Positions 52,420 through 64,000 of a stretch of 64,000 nt of DNA are shown here, in pieces. The stretch's first letter is position 1. Each line of letters starts with the position of its first letter. Source of the DNA: Macrostomum lignano. Its lineage: Eukaryota. A program made the translations under genes and the position numbers. Below the pieces are notes generated by a model. It was not told the origin of the DNA and did no database searches. It was given only the letters and a program-made list of their open reading frames with translations. The stretch is from the NCBI GenBank assembly GCA_002269645.1, contig NIVC01001465.1, positions 62,001 to 126,000 on the forward strand, given 5' to 3'.

Positions 52420-52757
52420 TGCAACTGGAAACTGGTTGATGGCCGGGATGCCATCTCCAAGAGTTACAAGTTCAAGGATTTTCAGCAGGTATGGGGACTC
52501 TTTCTAGCTGAATATAATTCTGGATGAGATTTGACTTGCTAAAATCAGTTGATATTTTCTCCCAATTGCAGGCATTTTCCTTCATGACCCACTCGGCTCT
52601 AAATGCTGAGAAGCTTGACCACCACCCCGAGTGGTTCAACGTCTACAACCGAGTTGACGTCACCCTGACCACGCACTCCTGCGGGGGCATATCCAGTCGA
52701 GACGTCCGCTTGGCCAGTGTAATGGACGCGGCTGCGGCCAAGTATTTTGCTCAGTAA
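52420..52757 (+). CDS. PCBD: Pterin-4-alpha-carbinolamine dehydratase (PCBD/DCoH), last two exons 52420-52488 and 52572-52757; first exon not located
   Basis: [21 protein letters not shown]|[39 protein letters not shown]; canonical phase-0 GT-AG intron. Confidence 0.95.
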
Positions 52758-53139
52758 AATTGTAATATTAAATGATTTCGCATTGCACACTACTTGCTTC
52801 GACAAATTCAGTAGCGTGATTCGCGTTTTTATTTTTTCTAATAAAAATTTAACAATAAAAATAATACTATATCACGTTTTTGTACCATCAGCATGCTAAA
52901 ATTGGATTTATGATGAATAAAATCTAGAAAAAGTAAAAATGGTGCGTCTTTGGACAAACAAGTATCTCGGAAAGTTAAATTGCTGTCTAATTTTCTATAC
53001 AGATAGCAATTTAAGACATTTTGAATAAAAAATAAATACATGTGCAGCTGGGTAAAATTTAGAAACTTTGCAGAGTCGCAAATACAAAATAAACACGCTT
53101 ATGCCGTATATTCCGGTAGAATATATACTCATGTTGATC

Positions 53140-54270
53140 TCAGATCTCATGCTGATCCCAGATCCCATATCCCAAATCCCATGCTGATCCCAGATCCCGG
53201 ATCCCATGCTGATCCCATATACCATGCTGATCCCAGATCCTATATCTCATGCTGATCCTATCCCATACAGATCCCAGATTCCATGCTGATCCCAGATTCC
53301 CTGCTGATCCCAAATCCCATGCTGATCCCAGATCGTGGATCTCATGCTGATCCTATCCCATACAGATCCCAGATTCCATGCTGATCCCAGATTCCCTGCT
53401 GATCCCAAATCCCATGCTGATCCCAGATCGTGGATCTCATGCTGATCCTATCCCATACAGATCCCAGATTCCATGCTGATCCCAGATTCCCTGCTGATCC
53501 CAGATTCCCTGCTGATCCCAGATTCCCTGCTGATTCCATATTCCATGCTGATCTCAGATCCTAGATCTCATGCTGATCACAAATCCCATGCTGATCACAA
53601 ATCCCATGCTGATCACAAATCCCATGCTGATCACAAATCCCATGCTGATCACAAATCCCATGCTGATCACAAATCCCATGCTGATCACAAATCCCATGCT
53701 GATCACAAATCCCATGCTGATCACAAATCCCATGCTGATCACAAATCCCATGCTGATCACAAATCCCATGCTGATCACAAATCCCATGCTGATCACAAAT
53801 CCCATGCTGATCACAAATCCCATGCTGATCACAAATCCCATGCTGATCACAAATCCCATGCTGATCACAAATCCCATGCTGATCACAAATCCCATGCTGA
53901 TCACAAATCCCATGCTGATCACAAATCCCATGCTGATCACAAATCCCATGCTGATCACAAATCCCATGCTGATCACAAATCCCATGCTGATCACAAATCC
54001 CATGCTGATCACAAATCCCATGCTGATCACAAATCCCATGCTGATCACAAATCCCATGCTGATCCCAGATCCCAGATTTCATGCTGATCCTATCCCATGC
54101 AGATCCCAGGTCCCATTCTGATCCCAGATCCCATGCTGACGCCAAATCCCAGATACCATGCTAATCCCAGATCCCATTATGATCCCAGATCCATGCTGAT
54201 GCCAAATCTCAGATCCCAGATCTCGTGCTGATCCCAGATCCCAGATCTCATGCTGATCCCAGATCCCATG
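53140..54270. repeat. GATCCCA-family repeat with a homogeneous 18-bp core (CATGCTGATCACAAATCC, 53570-54062)
   Basis: Perfect central array flanked by diverged units. Confidence 0.96.
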
Positions 54271-54281
54271 GTGATCCCCAG

Positions 54282-56321
54282 TCAATACTTAATTCGACCT
54301 CCGTTGTTGTCCACGACCATTTGGCATCGCCTCGGCATGCTCCCCACCAGTCTCGCCGCCACGCCTTCCTCGCCCATTCGCCGCCACTCCTCTTTGATGA
54401 TTTGTTTGAGCCTTGCCGAATCCTCACCGGCGCGGTCGCCCCGCCCCAGTAGTAGTTCGTGCCGCCTTTGCCGCACTCGGCTTTTGAGCAGCGCCCAAGC
54501 GTTTTCAATCGGGTTCAGGTCGGGCGACCGGGCCGGCCAGTCTTGGACGGTCGCGAGTTCGAGCCGCCGCTTGGCCTCGGCGACCAGCACCGTCCGATGG
54601 TGCGGCGCGTTGTCGTCCATGAGCTGGCAGCTTTCGGGCAGGTGGCGCCGGCAGTAGGGCGCGGCCACCGCCTCCAGCAGGCGGGCGTAAGCCGGGCCGG
54701 TCAGGCTGTCCGGGAAGACGGCCTCGCTCTGGCCGGTCAAGTGGATGCCAGCCCAGAGCCACACCGAGGGGAACTGGCGCCACTGCGGCTGCTCCTGCTG
54801 TACGCCCGGAGCTTGTGACCTGCTTCTGAAATGTGGCAGCATACAAGTTTGGCCCTCGCAAATCGACCGTCGGTCAGCATGCAGTTGGGTTGGGGGGCAA
54901 GGGGGCCGCGGCCCCCTCCCCCTGATCATTTGGCAAAAACATATGCACCCCCTCGCGGTAGCTTTGGCGCCCCCTAGAAGTAGCTTTGGCGCCCCCTAGA
55001 AGTAGATTTGGCACCCCCTTGCGGTAGCTTTGGTGCCCCCTTGGAGGAAGTAGCTTTGGCGCCCCTTGCAGTAGCTTTGGCGCTCCCCAAAATATAATGG
55101 CGATCCCCAATAAAAAATCGTGGCTACACTCCTGACGCTGAACCCTGAGCACACACTCTTGAGACTTCACAGCGACCTGAATTTCTCATTCTCAGTAATG
55201 AGCAAACTTATTAACTTTCAGATGTAGTTAGGCGGCTGTATCCAGATTTCTATGGCTAAACTGAACGCACAAGCCATCAATGTCACTTTGCTTACCTTGT
55301 GAGGCGTTGCTCACCTGGCTGCCCATGGCCCGACGCCTCTGCCTCCGGATTCCTGCGCTCTTCCGTCACTCTCGAAGATTTTTTCCTGCTCAGATTTTTT
55401 ATTCGCCATTGACGACCTCGGCAGGTAAAGTCGGTCAGCTTGAAGCAGGTCTCGTCCGTGAACAGAACTCTGCAATGCAATCAGAGCTGACCAGCTCAGA
55501 GTCTCACCTGTGCTCAGTGCAATCAGAGCTGACCAGCTCAGAGTCTCACCTGGCCCAGTGCAATCAGAGCTGACCAGCTCAGAGTCTCACCTGTGCTCAG
55601 TGCAATCAGAGCTGACCAGCTCAGAGTCTCACCTGTGCTCAGTGCAATCAGAGCTGACCAGCTCAAAGTCTCACCTGGCCCAGTGCAATCAGAGCTGACC
55701 AGCTCAGAGTCTCACCTGTGCCCCGTGCAATCAGAGCTGACCAGCTCAGAGTCTCACCTGTGCCCAGTGCAATCAGAGCTGACCAGCTCAAAGTCTCACC
55801 TGGCCCAGTGCAATCAGAGCTGACCAGCTCAGAGTCTCACCTGGCCCAGTACAATCAGAGCTGACCAGCTCAAAGTCTCACCTAGCCCAGTGCTCCGGTC
55901 TCCAGTGCAGCCGTAGCCGAGCCCACTTCAGACGCGCCGCGCACCAGGCCCTGAACTTGGCGCTTCCGGCAGGCGCGGAGTTGCCCCGATCCGCCCGACT
56001 GCGGAAGCCCGCCGAGATGAGCCGCCGCCTGACGGTGTGCCTGGACGCCGGCACGGACCAGGCTCGAGCCAGAGACTCGCAGGACAGGTGCGGGTGCGCT
56101 GCGGCCAGGCTGCACAGCTCTGAGTCCTGCCGAGGTCCGCTGATCCGGCTGAGTCTCCTGGGCTGGTTGGCTACGGTGCCCAGCAGGCGGTGCTTGGCGG
56201 CATTGTAGTGCGCGGCGCCGAGGGAGATGCCCAGCCGGCTGGCGATCTGCCTGTAGGAGGCGCCGGCCATGCGCATGCCAACCAGTTGCTGACGCTGCTC
56301 AGTGCTGAGCTGTGGCGGCAT
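54282..56321 (-). CDS. Tc1/IS630-superfamily DD35E transposase-like gene, three exons (56321-55882, 55469-55296, 54825-54282), 385 aa when spliced
   Basis: HTH (SYRQIASRLGIS), second HTH (SRHTVRRRL), RLKWAR, VLFTDET, VWLWAGI, MDDNAPHH, WPARSPDLNPIEN and SMPRRC...NGGRIKY. Both introns are GT-AG phase 2, and the exon lengths 440+174+544 give an uninterrupted ORF. Confidence 0.9.
55472..55881. repeat. 41-43-bp tandem repeat that makes up essentially all of transposase intron 1, about 10 copies
   Basis: Minus-strand unit GTGAGACTCTGAGCTGGTCAGCTCTGATTGCACTGGGCCAG. Confidence 0.95.
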
Positions 56322-57667
56322 TTGGCACCGGCGGATTTTGTAGAGGGGTGGAGGCTGGTATAAGGCTAGCAATATTTTATGCAGCTTAGCGCAGACTGGG
56401 TAATTTATATTCATAATTAACTGCCCCCCGCTGCTCCGCAATGCAGCTGTTATTGTCCGGGGCTACGTGTAGCCCCCCCCCCGCATAGAGTCAGCCAAGA
56501 ATACAGCCGTCTGTGCTGGGCTGCAAGTATTTTTGCGCCATCTGGGTGGGGGTCCATTGTTCCTCAGATCAGTGCTTACTGCAATATGCGCTCAGGCTAA
56601 AAGCGTTTTTGCAAGCGAACTCAGTCAGTAACTTCTATTTATCGAACATGTACATATAGTATCTCATTTGGCGAAAACGCGATCAAAATCGGTGAAGAAT
56701 TGCAGTCTCTAGAGCGTTATGGACAAACATACAAATATTAGAGATTTAGTATATTTAGATTATTTACGGTATTCACATACTGCTATAAAGAAGCCCAACT
56801 AACTAACAAAATTACTAAGGAGACCGTGGGAGAAAGTGTTTGGAACAACGAATAATTATTTTGTGGTGGCTAAACTTGTACTTGTATTAAAGAAGTTAAA
56901 CCCTAGCCCAGCTGTGCCTGTATAGTTCGTGACGCTGATCCAGGTTTATACATTTTTCAGATATTTATTGACAGCGTATTTGGTGAGATATGAATTAAGG
57001 CTATTTATGTGCATGTAGGAGTATGAGTACTATACATGCAGCTTATGTAGTACATGCATGTATAATCACCAAAGATGCTAATTTACCAAATGGTGACATA
57101 ATAATAAAAGGAATATTTTTTCTTCACAACAGCAGTAAATAATTACTCAAATTTTAAGCATCTCGATCTTTGCCAATTGATCCATGTCATCGACTGCACT
57201 CTGTTGTAGTACAGAAGGACTCTTGGCAACTCCGGAATCACGGGAAAAATTGAAAGCAGATTTTTTCACGATGCGGATCTACCTGCCACTCTGCTCCTCA
57301 TTTTCCTCACTGCTTCTACTAAACAGTGGTTCTCTTGTTCGTTAGGAAAATGCGTATAAATTATCAAAAATTTATTTTATTACAATTCGGCTTTGATTTT
57401 AAGCACATTTATTTAGTTTCGAAAACAGTTTTCTTTAAATTTTCAATATTACAAGCAAATATAGATTATCATATTAAAATGCTATAAATATTTTAAATCA
57501 CTAATTAAGAAGCGACTTATGCAGCTTGTTTGTTATAAATATTGCTGGCATTGTAAACAGTTGCTAGAAATCGCAGTTTTGAACAAACAAGTTCGGACCG
57601 ATTTATTTTAATCTCTTTACCAATACAGTTTGCTCCAAGGAGGCTTTCCTTTACAGCTTCTGGAAAA

Positions 57668-58960
57668 ATGACTCGGCCAATAACTAATGAAGAGTTCCAA
57701 GATGTTGTTCGCCAATTAAGCTGTTCTTCAGTCGATAAAAGAAGAAAATTTGAAATCCTTAAAAATAATAGCAATGGAATTATTACGTCTCGGCAGGTTA
57801 GTTAGTTGACCCAATTTCTCAAGTTTTTTTTAACATGTGAATATGAATTGGCTGGTAAGATTTCGGTAAAAATGTTTGAAAACAAAGCAAAAAGCAAATA
57901 GTATATTTTTAAAAAAAGTATTTTTCTTGTATATTGTGTGGATATCTTTAAATAAAAAAGTAAATGACATTTAGGTAAATGCTTTAAATATGAATTTTTT
58001 ATTTTATGCAATACTTAAGAAAGTGCTGATATAAAGAATATCAAGTTCATTTTTTTATTTTTGTATAGCAAAAGAATCTCCGCAATAGTTGAACTAATAA
58101 TCTTCAGTTTTTATTTACCTGATTAATCATTTGAGTTTTACCCAACAATTGGCAATATTACTACATGTGCATTTATTTATTAAAATCCACTGCTTCAGGC
58201 TATCGAGATCCTGCAGAAGTTCAAGGATGCCGCAGACAGAGTCAAGGCAATCCGTCTACTGGAACCGGTGTGTAAATTGCATCTATTTTTCGCCATATGG
58301 GCACAATGGGTTAAAATTAACAATCGCCTTCGCTTTGCCTTTGCAGCGCTTTGGTCGGATGACTTGCCAAGAGGCGGCTCAGATTCTTGGCGAGTTCTCT
58401 CTGTCTGGCACGGACAGGCTGATGGCGCTGGAGTGCCTGAAGCGGTGAGTGTCTCCCATTTATCAGCTTTAGATAGCATGTCTCGATTCTTTACCAATAT
58501 CAATATTAAATACAGTAATAAGTCCTGTGGACATATCATATACCATGCCCAGTCAATCTTGGGATATAAGAAATTTAGGGAAATTTGAAATACAGATATG
58601 TTAACAACTTGAAGGTTCTTGATACTACGTTTTTAAGAAGCATTTTATTTAAAGTATTTTCCTTATGCTTTTACTATCAGTAAAGTATAAGATAGAAGTA
58701 AAACTGACTCTTTAAATGTAATATTCTGCTATTTTACTAACGACAACAAATGACCATAACACCATCATTTGAGTCTATTATGGCAGATTTTTTGCCGGAA
58801 AAATGAATGCAATGCAACCGTAGAAAAATGTTTAACCCGATTTGTCCCTCACTATTTCAGCTACCTGATTGACCACCAGTCAACCGCTGGGGTTGAGTTT
58901 CTGCTGTCCGCATTTGACAACGAGAAGGACAAACAGTGCGCCCTGAGCATCGCGCAGACG
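57668..58960 (+). CDS. DUF4476-like (PROSER1 N-terminal-like) helical repeat protein, partial; exons 57668-57796, 58199-58267, 58347-58444, 58861-58960
   Basis: Spliced product MTRPITNEEFQDVVRQL...ITSRQAIEILQKFKDAADRVKAIRLLEPRFGRMTCQEAAQILGEFSLSGTDRLMALECLKRYL...LLSAFDNEKDKQCAL. All junctions are GT-AG with consistent phase, and there are two copies of a T-x-x-Q/E-A-x-x-I-L-x-x-F...D-R-x-x-A-x-x-x-L motif. Confidence 0.75.
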
Positions 58961-58974
58961 GTAAGACGGCCGTT

Positions 58975-59232
58975 GGAGCTGGCATAGGGGGGTGGGAGTG
59001 AGGTTGGTGCTGGCATAGGGTTGGGAGTGAGGTTGGTGCTGGCATAGGGGGTTGGGAGTGAGGTTGGTGCTGGCATAGGGGGTTGGGAGTGAGGCTGGTG
59101 CTGGCATAGGGGGTGGGAGTGAGGTTGGTGCTGGCATAGGGGGTTGGGAGTGAGGTTGGTGCTGGCATAGGGTTGGGAGAGAGGTTGGTTCTGGCATAGG
59201 GGGTTGGGAGTGAGGTTGGTGCTGGCATAGGG
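58975..59232. repeat. ~30-bp intronic repeat (GGCATAGGGGGTTGGGAGTGAGGTTGGTGCT)
   Basis: About 8-9 copies between the exon donor and the LINE tail. Confidence 0.92.
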
Positions 59233-59323
59233 TTACTTACTTACTTACTACTGACGGGGGCGCAGGCGCCGCGAATAGGCCGCGAGGCCCCTATCGCAAC
59301 CCCAAGGTAAAAGAGCACAAGGA

Positions 59324-63998
<4,675 letters not shown>

Positions 63999-64000
63999 TG

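Noticed and set aside
53473-54145. HADHKS / MLITNP / DQHGIC repeat proteins
   Set aside because: An 18-bp perfect repeat open in all frames, lying between two convergent genes' 3' ends; no non-repetitive coding context.

Overview
Eukaryotic (animal) genomic DNA: GC-rich spliced exons with GT-AG introns embedded in a very dense patchwork of unrelated mini- and microsatellites. The style suggests a flatworm such as Macrostomum, but that is an inference. Host genes reconstructed by hand: a class IIa histone deacetylase (HDAC4/5/7-like, minus strand, 10.4-15.5 kb), an intronless type II membrane glycosyltransferase-like gene (30.0-31.2 kb), a multi-exon coiled-coil gene (45-48.6 kb), pterin-4a-carbinolamine dehydratase (PCBD, 52.4-52.8 kb) and a DUF4476-like gene (57.7-59.0 kb, continuing beyond). 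Mobile elements: a near-complete LINE with APE, RT and RNase H (59.2-64 kb), a DIRS/Ngaro-type RNase H plus tyrosine recombinase remnant, a decayed RTE-type RT fragment, and an intact three-exon Tc1-like DD35E transposase gene without visible TIRs. Most long ORFs in the ORF track are artefacts of tandem repeats. The main leads are the spliced transposase whose first intron is built from tandem copies of its own exon/intron junction, a 7.4-kb 25-bp satellite that can be traced to a single monomer in a neighbouring paralogous segment, the possibly horizontally acquired glycosyltransferase, and a near-identical ~480-bp gene-like fragment present three times in alternating orientation.
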